Origin: Thraustochytrium aureum
Lineage: Eukaryota
NCBI GenBank assembly: GCA_012862495.1
Contig: BLSG01000047.1
Span: 1 to 42,438 of the forward strand
DNA: 42,438 bases
Direction of reading: 5' to 3'
The notes below the pieces were generated by a model. The model saw nothing but the letters and a program-made list of their open reading frames with translations, was not told the origin of the DNA and did no database searches. The translations under genes were made by a program, and so were the position numbers. Each line of letters starts with the position of its first letter. Position 1 is the first letter of the stretch. Below are positions 33,578 through 42,438 of the stretch, one piece after another.

Positions 33578-33669
33578 GCACTGATGGCCAAGTGGTAAGG
33601 CGCTGCACTTGTACGCGACTCTGTCGTGTCGGTATGCAGTGATCGTGGGTTCAAACCCCACTCAGTGCA
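33578..33669 (+). tRNA. trnT-UGU: tRNA-Thr(UGU) with a 20-nt intron (33614-33633)
   Basis: GCACTGA TG GCC AAGTGGTAA GGC G CTGCA CT-TGT-A [intron] A TGCAG TGATC GTGGG TTCAAAC CCCAC TCAGTGC A. G1-C72 and C2-G71 fit Thr; T7 terminator follows at ~33677. Confidence 0.93.
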
Positions 33670-33725
33670 CAAAAGATTTTTTTATCTTTTTTTTGGCGCT
33701 TCAAGCCTCGCTTGTTTTGCGTGGG

Positions 33726-33990
33726 GTGCAGGACGACTTCATGGGCGCCGCGCGGCCTACGCTGGGTTTCTCAATCGCTGATCAATCGAGGAATTACTCT
33801 ACCGTGACGGATGCGCTTACATACGTACCCAATTCAGTGCGTTCACTCCTTTTTCCGACCCGCGGTGGAGCTTGTCGGCGCTTCTTGCATGTGTTGCAAC
33901 GCATGCCCAGTGCACGACGACGTCATGGGCGGACGGGGTGCGGGCAACGGGAGTTGCCTAGCTGGGTTTCTGTTGATCAATCGCTGATCA
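33726..33990. repeat. Diverged direct duplication, period ~184-200 bp, downstream of tRNA-Thr
   Basis: GTGCA(G/C)GACGAC(T/G)TCATGGGCG at 33726 and 33910; GCTGGGTTTCT at 33761 and 33961; TCAATCGCTGATCA in both copies. Confidence 0.8.
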
Positions 33991-34134
33991 TGGTGCATAC
34001 ACTCGAGTAAGTACGGTAGGCCTGTGCTGTGTAAGTACCGCCAATACCGGCTCAGCTGGCAGACTCAACACACAGCGTGGGGAATGCAGAAGTGTCCGCC
34101 GCGCGCCGGATGAGCAATCCATCGCTCGAACGCG

Positions 34135-35559
34135 TCAATTGGCCTTTGTCGCCAAATTGCAGATGAAAGGCCCGCCGATGATGATGAAACCGGTTCCAAT
34201 AGCGCCAGCAAACCCGACGAGAGCAAACCCGCGCCAAGTGAAAAGTACCGGCACCAGCCTCGTGTATATCTTGTGCGATTCGCATACCGTCACTTTCGAG
34301 GCACTGAAGGCGCTCACCAGCGCAGCAGCAAAGGCCAGTCGTGGCCCAAGTTGACGGCCAATGGTTTGACTCGTGGGGAAGATAACGGCGAACAGGATCG
34401 CGGATACGAGCATCGCCACACGCTCGCCGATCTCATCCATGAGCACCTTTCGCGCCAAGATGGCTTTGTAGTGCTCTGAATCAGCGACCGGCTTTGGGTT
34501 GGCCAACGCCAGACTGTCTCCGTTTGCGAGATCAGGCTCTGGCGCAACGTAGGTTTGGGCGACCGGTTTGACGCAAGGTCTTTGTGAAGCCGTGCTTGGC
34601 TTTCCATACAAACGCATCAGTTTCGTCCCGGAACTTGCAGCATCGTCAAATACCTTGAGGAACAAATGCAGTGCGACAGCTTCGAGAATCAACGACGCAA
34701 TAACAGACGAGCCGAACGCCTTGAAGCTATCGAGTCGAAAGAGTACAAACCACCTTGGAATGCCAGATGAGATCTCGAGGTTGCAAAAGTTAATCCCAAG
34801 GTACTCAAGAGCCTGCTTCTCCTCCAGGGCATTGATTGGCCGTCTCACAGCGCCCAGATGGACTCGAAGCAGGAGCCGTCGAGAGAGTAGATGAATTCCG
34901 GGTACAACAAACCCGGAAAGTGCAATCTCGACGGCCATGGAGGTCGAAATTGCTGCGCTCGCGACATACCAAATCGAGACGCTAGCGAAAGCAGTTTGGA
35001 ACGCCAGGTGGAGTACGAAGCCGGCGAAGCATTTCAAAATGCGAGCCAGTCGCCTATTTCTTGGGCGCGACACTACACGAGCCAAGAACGATACAGCGTT
35101 GGCTGCGACAGCAACCACGAAGGTCCGTGAGAAAGGAAAGTCCCTACTGGTTCCCAACGTGACACCGAAGTAAAGCGCCCACACTGGCGGTGCAAATACG
35201 AAATAGTACCACATCGAAGAGTGCGGTTTGATCATGGTGTCTGAAACAGCAGCCCAGGCTTCAACCCCAGCGAGACAAGCACACATGGCCACCGCAAAGT
35301 CCAAGCCAGCAAATGCACTATTCCATGTCTGTCCGTCAGGCGCTCTGCACTCGTGGTTTTCCATCTCGACTTGAAAAGCCTCCAGGGTTGACATACCTGG
35401 TGAAACCAATTGAACCGTCGCACTAAGGATGCCAGCAAAGCTCACAGAGCCAATGAGGGCAGGCAATACAAAGACTCCCGCGTATGCTTGCAGTTTCATT
35501 TCCGCTCGAAAGGTGCGACAGGCCATCGTATACGAGCTGGGCGGTGCTGCGTGCTCCAT
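34135..35559 (-). CDS. Multi-pass (~11 TM) orphan membrane protein, paralog A (474 aa)
   Basis: Long uninterrupted ORF with alternating hydrophobic segments; collinear with 36913-38388 (EAW, RNRR, F.NLE..IP.WFVLFRL, KV..EIGE, LGPRL). Confidence 0.88.
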   Translation of the reverse strand: MEHAAPPSSYTMACRTFRAEMKLQAYAGVFVLPALIGSVSFAGILSATVQLVSPGMSTLEAFQVEMENHECRAPDGQTWNSAFAGLDFAVAMCACLAGVEAWAAVSDTMIKPHSSMWYYFVFAPPVWALYFGVTLGTSRDFPFSRTFVVAVAANAVSFLARVVSRPRNRRLARILKCFAGFVLHLAFQTAFASVSIWYVASAAISTSMAVEIALSGFVVPGIHLLSRRLLLRVHLGAVRRPINALEEKQALEYLGINFCNLEISSGIPRWFVLFRLDSFKAFGSSVIASLILEAVALHLFLKVFDDAASSGTKLMRLYGKPSTASQRPCVKPVAQTYVAPEPDLANGDSLALANPKPVADSEHYKAILARKVLMDEIGERVAMLVSAILFAVIFPTSQTIGRQLGPRLAFAAALVSAFSASKVTVCESHKIYTRLVPVLFTWRGFALVGFAGAIGTGFIIIGGPFICNLATKAN

Positions 35560-36912
35560 TCTTCCTCGACCGCGCGAGAACAGCTGGCCTCCCGCAGTGC
35601 GGCAACCTGTGCTTGACGAGGTTTGAGCCAGTACAGGCCAGTTCCAGGTCTGGGCGACAAAGCAGGCTCTATTGCGCGCGCATAGTCGGCCTGGCGCAAC
35701 AATCACCCAATCAACATCTCAATTCGAAAAGGCGCCTGGGTGGCATTTGCTGAGCGTGGCTTTCACACACCACCCGTACAGGTCCGTTGCGAGCGCGCTC
35801 TCCACGTACGCTCTCCAAGCGCGCGCGCTCGAGCTGGACAGAAGGCGCCAACTTGCTCTCTAAACGAGTTCTCGGCCTGTGTTGGTTTTGTGTGAGCTCG
35901 TGGTGATGGGAGGTGTACTCAGCATGATGGGCAGACGTAGTGGCAGACTTTCACCCAGCGGATTCCTCGGTCCCACCGAAGCAGCGAGATGGCAATCTGC
36001 AAACGCGCGCTGACNNNNNNNNNNNNNNNNNNNNNNNNNNNNNNNNNNNNNNNNNNNNNNNNNNNNNNNNNNNNNNNNNNNNNNNNNNNNNNNNNNNNNN
36101 NNNNNNNNNNNNNNNNNNNNNNNNNNNNNNNNNNNNNNNNNNNNNNNNNNNNNNNNNNNNNNNNNNNNNNNNNNNNNNNNNNNNNNNNNNNNNNGTGAGG
36201 CCGTGCTTGCTTGGTTGTCCTTGCGTTGCTCTTCCATCGCGGCCAAGATCCGTTGTCAATGCCGTTGCGCGCCGACAGGCGTTCGCATGGAGTAAAATGT
36301 GGCCAGCCCGGGTTGGGCTTGAGGCCAATGTCGCCCCAGGCAAGGCGTAATGTGGGGGGATCCGAGCACCGCGGAGCGGCGTTGGCAACGATTCTCAAGC
36401 TCTGGCTTTGTTCGACGGCTGGGCGGTCGTGAATTTCCTCTTGCCAAGTGACATTTTTCCACCCAGCATGATCGAATCGGAGCGGAAGGGTTGCGCTGCA
36501 GTCTTGGGAAAGCACTTGCAAGAAACCCTGCCAGTTCGGCCTTGCTTGCGGTTTGCCGCTCTTCGGGCGAACGCCACCGCCCTCCCTCTCGGAAACCGCC
36601 TCACGCCAGATTCAGCAGACGGCAATCGCCGCTTGGAAGACCAGAGCTCGCGCGCCGCAGTTCTGCAAACACTGATACGCACGACAAGAGACGCCTCGCG
36701 CTGATTGATCAGCAGAACCGCGCTCGACGAACCGCGCTCGACTCGCGAAGGCCAACCAGGAAAGCGCAGGCGATGGGACGGCACAAGCATCGGCCAACAA
36801 GGGAGAGGGTTTCTGTGTGACTGCGTGGCTCAGATGGGCCATTCCCAAGCGAAAGCGTGTCCACTCGATTGCTTTTGATTCTCAAGATCAATTGAAAGAG
36901 TCTACAGATAGA

Positions 36913-38388
36913 TCAGAAATAGCACTCCACCGAGGTGCCCAGCAGGCTCACTGCCACCCCCATCGAAGTCACCGTCAAAGCGAGGACAACTTCTCGCCAC
37001 GTTCGCTTGAGGTGGACAGAGTCTTTCCGAACGCCGTGCTTGAGACAAATAAAGTGCTTGAGGATGTCGACAGCGTTTTCCAGCACGGCGGCGAGGAGCA
37101 GGCGCGGCCCTAAGACTTGCGCCACATTGATGCCTGGAGCTGCGAGGACCCCCACAGTGATCGCGGCCACCACAACGGCCAATAGCTCCCCAATCTCCTC
37201 GTAGGCCACCTTGTGGGCGAGCCGCTTTGTTTTGCGCGCAATTTCCACTGCGCGAAGGTCGCCCTCTCTTGCCGGCGGTGTGCTGGGGACCGCTAAGGCG
37301 TCGCTTGTCGTGTCGTTTTTCGAGGAGGCCGACCCGACGCCGGCGCTGCTCTCCTTGAATCCTCGCTCGACGTCGGGTTGACTGCTTGGGACATGCGAAG
37401 GAGCCACTGACGCAAGCTTGATTGCTCGCGCTTGAACGAGGCCTTGTAGGTCAACGCCCAGCTGAACTTTGAGCAGCAAATACAGGCCTGCCGCTTCGAT
37501 CGCGAACGACGCAACCGCCGAAGTTGCAAAGGACACAAAGGTGCTGAGCCGAAAGAGCACAAACCAAGCCGGGATCGCCATGACCAGTTCGAGGTTGAAG
37601 AAGCTCACGGCAAGAAATCGAATGGCCTTGGCTTCCCTCTCTTGAGACTTTTGATTGAAGACGATGTTGGTATCCATCTGCACAAGAACGCGGCGCAGAA
37701 TCAATTGGCCCGTCGGGAACGCAAAGCCCACAAGAAGGACTTCGCCCGTTGCAGTCTCGAGAGAGCTGGCGCTTGAGAGGTACCATACAGCGATGGTTAA
37801 TATGGCGAACTGAACCGCCATGTGCGAGGTCACCTTGAGTGTCACGGCAAGGAGGCGCTTGAACCTCCGGTTTCTCTTTCTGCTCAAGGAACGCGCCACG
37901 TTGCCAGCCGCAGTTGAAAAGAGCAACGCAAAGAGAACCGTCCCAATTTCGAACTTGCCGAAGTGGTTCCAGGTAGTAATCGTCAACGTCAATAAAACTG
38001 GAAGGCCGCATGCGACCTGAAAACGCAGCGACGCCCGCGAGCTGACTATTCCAGATGCAATAAACGTCCAGGCTTCTAATGTGAGCCAAAATAGCCCACC
38101 GTAGGCGACCAGGTCTACGCCAAGAAACGAGCTCGTCCAAGGCTCGCCGCTCTCCGTTTTGCAGGTTCTCCCCGCGAGCTGTGCTCGCAGCGACCCGAGC
38201 GGTGAGTCGTCTGGCAAAAGTGCTTCTTGCAGTAGCATGTTGACGGCCAGAACGACGCCGATTCCCACGAAGGCCGGAAGGCACAGCCCGGCTGTGAACA
38301 GGGCCAGCCTGGCTTGCGAGCGCAGTGCGATAGGCAGCTCATGGAGCAGACGCTGCGGCACTCGAGTGCTCGCGCCTGCTTCGCTCAT
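36913..38388 (-). CDS. Multi-pass (~11 TM) orphan membrane protein, paralog B (491 aa)
   Basis: Same motif order and orientation as paralog A. Confidence 0.9.
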   Translation of the reverse strand: MSEAGASTRVPQRLLHELPIALRSQARLALFTAGLCLPAFVGIGVVLAVNMLLQEALLPDDSPLGSLRAQLAGRTCKTESGEPWTSSFLGVDLVAYGGLFWLTLEAWTFIASGIVSSRASLRFQVACGLPVLLTLTITTWNHFGKFEIGTVLFALLFSTAAGNVARSLSRKRNRRFKRLLAVTLKVTSHMAVQFAILTIAVWYLSSASSLETATGEVLLVGFAFPTGQLILRRVLVQMDTNIVFNQKSQEREAKAIRFLAVSFFNLELVMAIPAWFVLFRLSTFVSFATSAVASFAIEAAGLYLLLKVQLGVDLQGLVQARAIKLASVAPSHVPSSQPDVERGFKESSAGVGSASSKNDTTSDALAVPSTPPAREGDLRAVEIARKTKRLAHKVAYEEIGELLAVVVAAITVGVLAAPGINVAQVLGPRLLLAAVLENAVDILKHFICLKHGVRKDSVHLKRTWREVVLALTVTSMGVAVSLLGTSVECYF

Positions 38389-38957
38389 TGCAGCAGGCCG
38401 GGCTGGGTCTCTGCAAAGCCCGGCAACCCCGCTTTGGGCGATTCCTGGCTATAGCTAGCTAGCTCCGCCTTCGGATTCCTTGTGTGAGTTGTTCTCAGCG
38501 CTGATCCGTTGAATGCCAGCGAAGGATGTCGTCTCCTGCTTGCCCGTTCGTCTGCACGTTGCCAAGAGGTCGCCGACAAGTGACAACAGGGTAAGTGGAG
38601 GCATGCAGGCGTTCATATAAATGCGAAGCATGTGCAGATCTACGACACACCGCGTGGTGCCAGAATCAGCTTCCTGCTGGTGTCCGGTCGGCAGCGGCAC
38701 AAGGCAACACCGACGAAGCCTCACAGTTTACATTTCTTATCCGTTCAACGGCTCTTTCAATTCATACTGGTCGAAGCCAACTGCGGAGCTCGCACGCCAC
38801 TACGGAGGTGCCTTGCGGCTCCTGGACGGCAACACGCGGCTGAGCGAAGCGTTGCAGTACGTGCATGCCCCGGGTCTCGTCGGGCAATCAGCTGGCATAG
38901 CACGAAACCATGCCAGTTCGTCCAACTAACGACGGAATGCTTGGCGCCTTCTGAGAG

Positions 38958-40304
38958 CTAGGCGATGTTCGTGAGGGCAAAGGCTGCCAGCATGGCCAGT
39001 GTGAGAGTGACGAGCCCAACGACGTACTGAAGCATGACCAATACGGCGAGCACTTCGGCGGCGCGGCGGTCGCCAGCGAGTTGCGCCATCACAATGATGC
39101 CGTTGTTCGTCGGCGTGGCGCTTGAAAAGTAGAGGATGAGCTGCAGCAGGCGGTCGTTGGGAAGCAGGCCAGTGAACCCGTAGTAGAGTACCCCGTAGCT
39201 GAGGATTGGTAGGACTACCATCCGGCCAAATACAAAGCACAATACACTGCGGGTGTTGATCTCAAGGCCTTGGAGAGGGGCTCGCAAGTGCAGCGTGACA
39301 AGGCGCAAGCCGAGGCTGCCAGACAGGACGAGGTTTAGAGCTGGCACGAGGCCAGTCCCCATAAGGCGCAGGGAGCTGGTAACGGGGTAGAAGATGCCGT
39401 TTTCGGAGAAAACCATCGCTTGCACAGGCGGAAGCATCGCGATGCCGATCCCCAACAGCTGAGAGGCAGTCGCCGGCCGGGCAAGCGCGGCTGCCGTGCT
39501 GCGCAGCGCGCTGACCCCCACCACCTGTAGCCTTGCTAGGGCGGCGGTCCTGGAGCCGAACACTTGCTCGTTCGAAATGTTATTGACAAGGTCGCTGGCT
39601 GGGCCAGCGCTTGGCAGATCGTGGCGCGTGTCGTCGCCGAGCACGAGAGACGTGGACCCTGCCAGCGCGATGCCGGTGCTTGCGTCAGAATTTGGAACGG
39701 TCGCGCTGGGCACAGCCATCGCGGCGGTCCCCGTTGCGTCGTATGCCTTGTGGCGCCAAATGAACCAGTCCACGACCACTGTCCACAGTACGAAAGTGAT
39801 CAAGATAATCGACACGAAAAGCAGCACCTCTCCCGTCTCCTTGCACTCCTCCGAAGTCATGTACGTGACCGCTGTACTGTTGGCGTGGCCAGTGCCGCCC
39901 AGCCCAGACGCCTCGAACTTGGCGTGGTCGCAAACGGAGAGCACGAAGACGAGCGGGAGAGCCAACACGTTGGAAAACGCCAGTCCCGCCACGAGCCACG
40001 GCTCAAACCACACCGGCGCCCCTGCCAGCTTCGCCAGCCCATACCCGCCCAGGGCATTCACCGCAAGCATCGCAAGGCTCACGAGCGGCACTTGCCAGGT
40101 CGCGGCGACGAGCTCGGGTGTGAGCGAGCTGCCAAGCCGCGTGAAAAACGTGCAGGGCAAAAACAGGGCCTGAATAAGGATCGACATTGCGCTCACGCCT
40201 TCCTGCTGAAGCACGCGGGTCTTCACCAGCACGAGGCCCAGCGACAGCACCGTCATGATCGACACGACCGCCTTGAGCGTCGTTTCCATCTCGTTGTTCC
40301 CCAT
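38958..40304 (-). CDS. Auxin efflux carrier (AEC)/PILS-like transporter
   Basis: 5 TM + central loop + 5 TM layout; LFLPCTFFTRLG, FSNVLALPL, PATASQLLG, GTGLVPALNLVLSGSL, RMVVLP, SATPT. ATG lies at the gap edge, so the start may be further upstream. Confidence 0.88.
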   Translation of the reverse strand: MGNNEMETTLKAVVSIMTVLSLGLVLVKTRVLQQEGVSAMSILIQALFLPCTFFTRLGSSLTPELVAATWQVPLVSLAMLAVNALGGYGLAKLAGAPVWFEPWLVAGLAFSNVLALPLVFVLSVCDHAKFEASGLGGTGHANSTAVTYMTSEECKETGEVLLFVSIILITFVLWTVVVDWFIWRHKAYDATGTAAMAVPSATVPNSDASTGIALAGSTSLVLGDDTRHDLPSAGPASDLVNNISNEQVFGSRTAALARLQVVGVSALRSTAAALARPATASQLLGIGIAMLPPVQAMVFSENGIFYPVTSSLRLMGTGLVPALNLVLSGSLGLRLVTLHLRAPLQGLEINTRSVLCFVFGRMVVLPILSYGVLYYGFTGLLPNDRLLQLILYFSSATPTNNGIIVMAQLAGDRRAAEVLAVLVMLQYVVGLVTLTLAMLAAFALTNIA

Positions 40305-41251
40305 NNNNNNNNNNNNNNNNNNNNNNNNNNNNNNNNNNNNNNNNNNNNNNNNNNNNNNNNNNNNNNNNNNNNNNNNNNNNNNNNNNNNNNNNNNNNNNNN
40401 NNNNNNNNNNNNNNNNNNNNNNNNNNNNNNNNNNNNNNNNNNNNNNNNNNNNNNNNNNNNNNNNNNNNNNNNNNNNNNNNNNNNNNNNNNNNNNNNNNNN
40501 NNNNNNNNNNNNNNNNNNNNNNNNNNNNNNNNNNNNNNNNNNNNNNNNNNNNNNNNNNNNNNNNNNNNNNNNNNNNNNNNNNNNNNNNNNNNNNNNNNNN
40601 NNNNNNNNNNNNNNNNNNNNNNNNNNNNNNNNNNNNNNNNNNNNNNNNNNNNNNNNNNNNNNNNNNNNNNNNNNNNNNNNNNNNNNNNNNNNNNNNNNNN
40701 NNNNNNNNNNNNNNNNNNNNNNNNNNNNNNNNNNNNNNNNNNNNNNNNNNNNNNNNNNNNNNNNNNNNNNNNNNNNNNNNNNNNNNNNNNNNNNNNNNNN
40801 NNNNNNNNNNNNNNNNNNNNNNNNNNNNNNNNNNNNNNNNNNNNNNNNNNNNNNNNNNNNNNNNNNNNNNNNNNNNNNNNNNNNNNNNNNNNNNNNNNNN
40901 NNNNNNNNNNNNNNNNNNNNNNNNNNNNNNNNNNNNNNNNNNNNNNNNNNNNNNNNNNNNNNNNNNNNNNNNNNNNNNNNNNNNNNNNNNNNNNNNNNNN
41001 NNNNNNNNNNNNNNNNNNNNNNNNNNNNNNNNNNNNNNNNNNNNNNNNNNNNNNNNNNNNNNNNNNNNNNNNNNNNNNNNNNNNNNNNNNNNNNNNNNNN
41101 NNNNNNNNNNNNNNNNNNNNNNNNNNNNNNNNNNNNNNNNNNNNNNNNNNNNNNNNNNNNNNNNNNNNNNNNNNNNNNNNNNNNNNNNNNNNNNNNNNNN
41201 NNNNNNNNNNNNNNNNNNNNNNNNNNNNNNNNNNNNNNNNNNNNNNNNNNN

Positions 41252-41717
41252 TCCGCGAGGGAGGCCGCCGAGCGCATTGAGACGCTGTGCAACGAGTGGC
41301 ATCATGTGGCTGCCGGCCAGGGCGTCCAGACGAACGAGCACACCATCCGCTTCTACCGCGACTTGGGACCGATGCCGCCTTTGGATCGCCCCGCGGAACG
41401 CGCGCTCTGGGTGGCGGCTTTGATCAACCCGACACGGCCCTTGCCGCGTGTTGCCCCAGATATTGGCATCCCGATGTTGCGCGCGTCGACAACGCAGGAG
41501 CGCCTCGACATCGTCGAGAGCGCGCTGAGAATTTCCTTGCGTCGACTCGACGAGCCGCGCTTCAGCGGCTATTGCGCGACGCGGCCGCATCTTGCGCCGG
41601 TTTTTGGGTCTGGCCTCACGGTACTCGTGGGTGGCGCTGCTCGGGTACCTTGCTCGCAAGCAGTTTGAGCCCGCTCTCCCGGACCGTAGTCAAGGCGCAA
41701 GCACGCTGTCCACGTGA
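41252..41717 (+). CDS. C-terminus of a LON-substrate-binding-domain protein with probable TM tail (5' part in gap; probable frameshift ~41630)
   Basis: Frame is open from the gap edge: LGPMPPLDRPAERALWVAALINP..MLRASTTQERL. Removing one G at 41629-41631 gives GLTVLVVALLGYLARK...TLST*; otherwise it stops at 41668. Confidence 0.62.
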
Positions 41718-42438
41718 CCAGCATCGAGCAAGCTCATCCACTGGAAGCCCAAGCTAGAGCGTGGGTCTCGCCGGCGCCGGCCTGGACCACATGACTCCAC
41801 TTCTCGCAAGGGAGGTTGGTCCGAATCCTCCCACTGTAAATCCATAATCTCACAACAAAGCCACCCGCACTCGCGGCACCTACGCTCGCGGAGCCGCACC
41901 GCCCAACCGCAGCAGTCCCTCGTCAGCGCAAGCGCGCAAGCGCAAGCCCGCACATTCTCACTACATTCGCGGCAAACTTGCTGATGATCAAAGTAGTTGG
42001 CCCAAGCAACCAACCTCCTTGTACAGCATGCGAAAGCACGAGCCGCGGGCGGGCGAGCGAGTTGCGACCACCAGTGGCTTGAATCACGAAATTGTGGCGC
42101 TTGCCGAAGCGGAGGCTCCCACGGCACTCCGTGTAGCCGCCTTCCTGTTGATCATTGGGACGTCAAAGACAAGATCAGCAGGTTTGTCACGAACCGCCTC
42201 GTGTCAACCGTGCCGCGAGGCTATCAAGTTTAGCGTCATCTGGATCCGCACACTTTGATTCGCAAAAAGGCTGGGCTGGGTCCTCTCCAGCGAGCAGCCT
42301 CCGTGGCGCGCCAACTGTGGGTGCATCCAAACCCCCAGCAAGGCATTGCAGCTCCGATCCGCACGTCCGAATCCTTTCGCGGTCGCGCCCGTAGCGACGA
42401 TGTACACCCAATGGAGTCCGACTTTCTCCATAAACGGC

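Noticed and set aside
33561..33578. Equivalent 5' hairpin before tRNA-Thr (GGAT-GGTGCA-ATCC)
   Set aside because: Only 4 bp and unlike the Arg element; compatible with chance.
33608..33614. Reading the intron tRNA as Tyr(GUA)
   Set aside because: The CTGCA/TGCAG stem places TGT at 34-36, and G1-C72/C2-G71 fit Thr rather than eukaryotic Tyr (C1-G72).
35860..36900. Third membrane paralog or mobile element between paralogs A and B
   Set aside because: None of the shared motifs appears in any frame; no terminal repeats.
1839..41631. Programmed frameshifting, RNA editing or mass pseudogenisation to explain ~11 frameshifts (~1840, 2946, 15005, 15104, 16143, 17669, 21410, 26523, 28232, 32588, 41629)
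   Set aside because: Shifts go both ways (about 6 extra-base, 5 missing-base), mostly sit in homopolymer runs, share no slippery or stop motif, and catalytic residues are intact. This fits homopolymer sequencing error; mapping accurate reads would settle it.
41720..42438. Short ORFs at the window end
   Set aside because: No recognisable motifs or coding-like composition; treated as intergenic.

Overview
Gene-dense, GC-rich, intron-poor eukaryotic nuclear scaffold with many N-gaps. Gene content and compactness suggest a stramenopile, plausibly a thraustochytrid/labyrinthulomycete (inference). About 11 single-base frameshifts of both signs, mostly in homopolymer runs, break otherwise good genes and look like assembly errors. 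Contents in order: three identical tRNA-Arg(ACG) genes, each preceded by a conserved ~28-nt hairpin abutting G1; a SMYD (SET+MYND) methyltransferase with one GT-AG intron; a CYP7/39-like P450 C-terminus; a CKAP2-like protein; a 2x cNMP-binding + CaMKK-like kinase + PP2C fusion; an Lsm10-like Sm protein; a ~15-kb SPRY/UBA/MIB-HERC2/HECT E3 ligase; a MAPR heme/steroid-binding protein; a bacterial-type acyl-CoA dehydrogenase C-terminus; a 75-aa membrane protein; an intron-containing tRNA-Thr(UGU); two tandem paralogous ~11-TM orphan proteins; a PILS/AEC transporter; and a LON-substrate-binding-domain C-terminus. Best leads: the kinase-phosphatase fusion, the tRNA 5' hairpin element, Lsm10 and CKAP2 homologues outside animals, and recurring ~175-185-bp intergenic duplications. 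All family calls come from motif recognition by eye; no searches were run.
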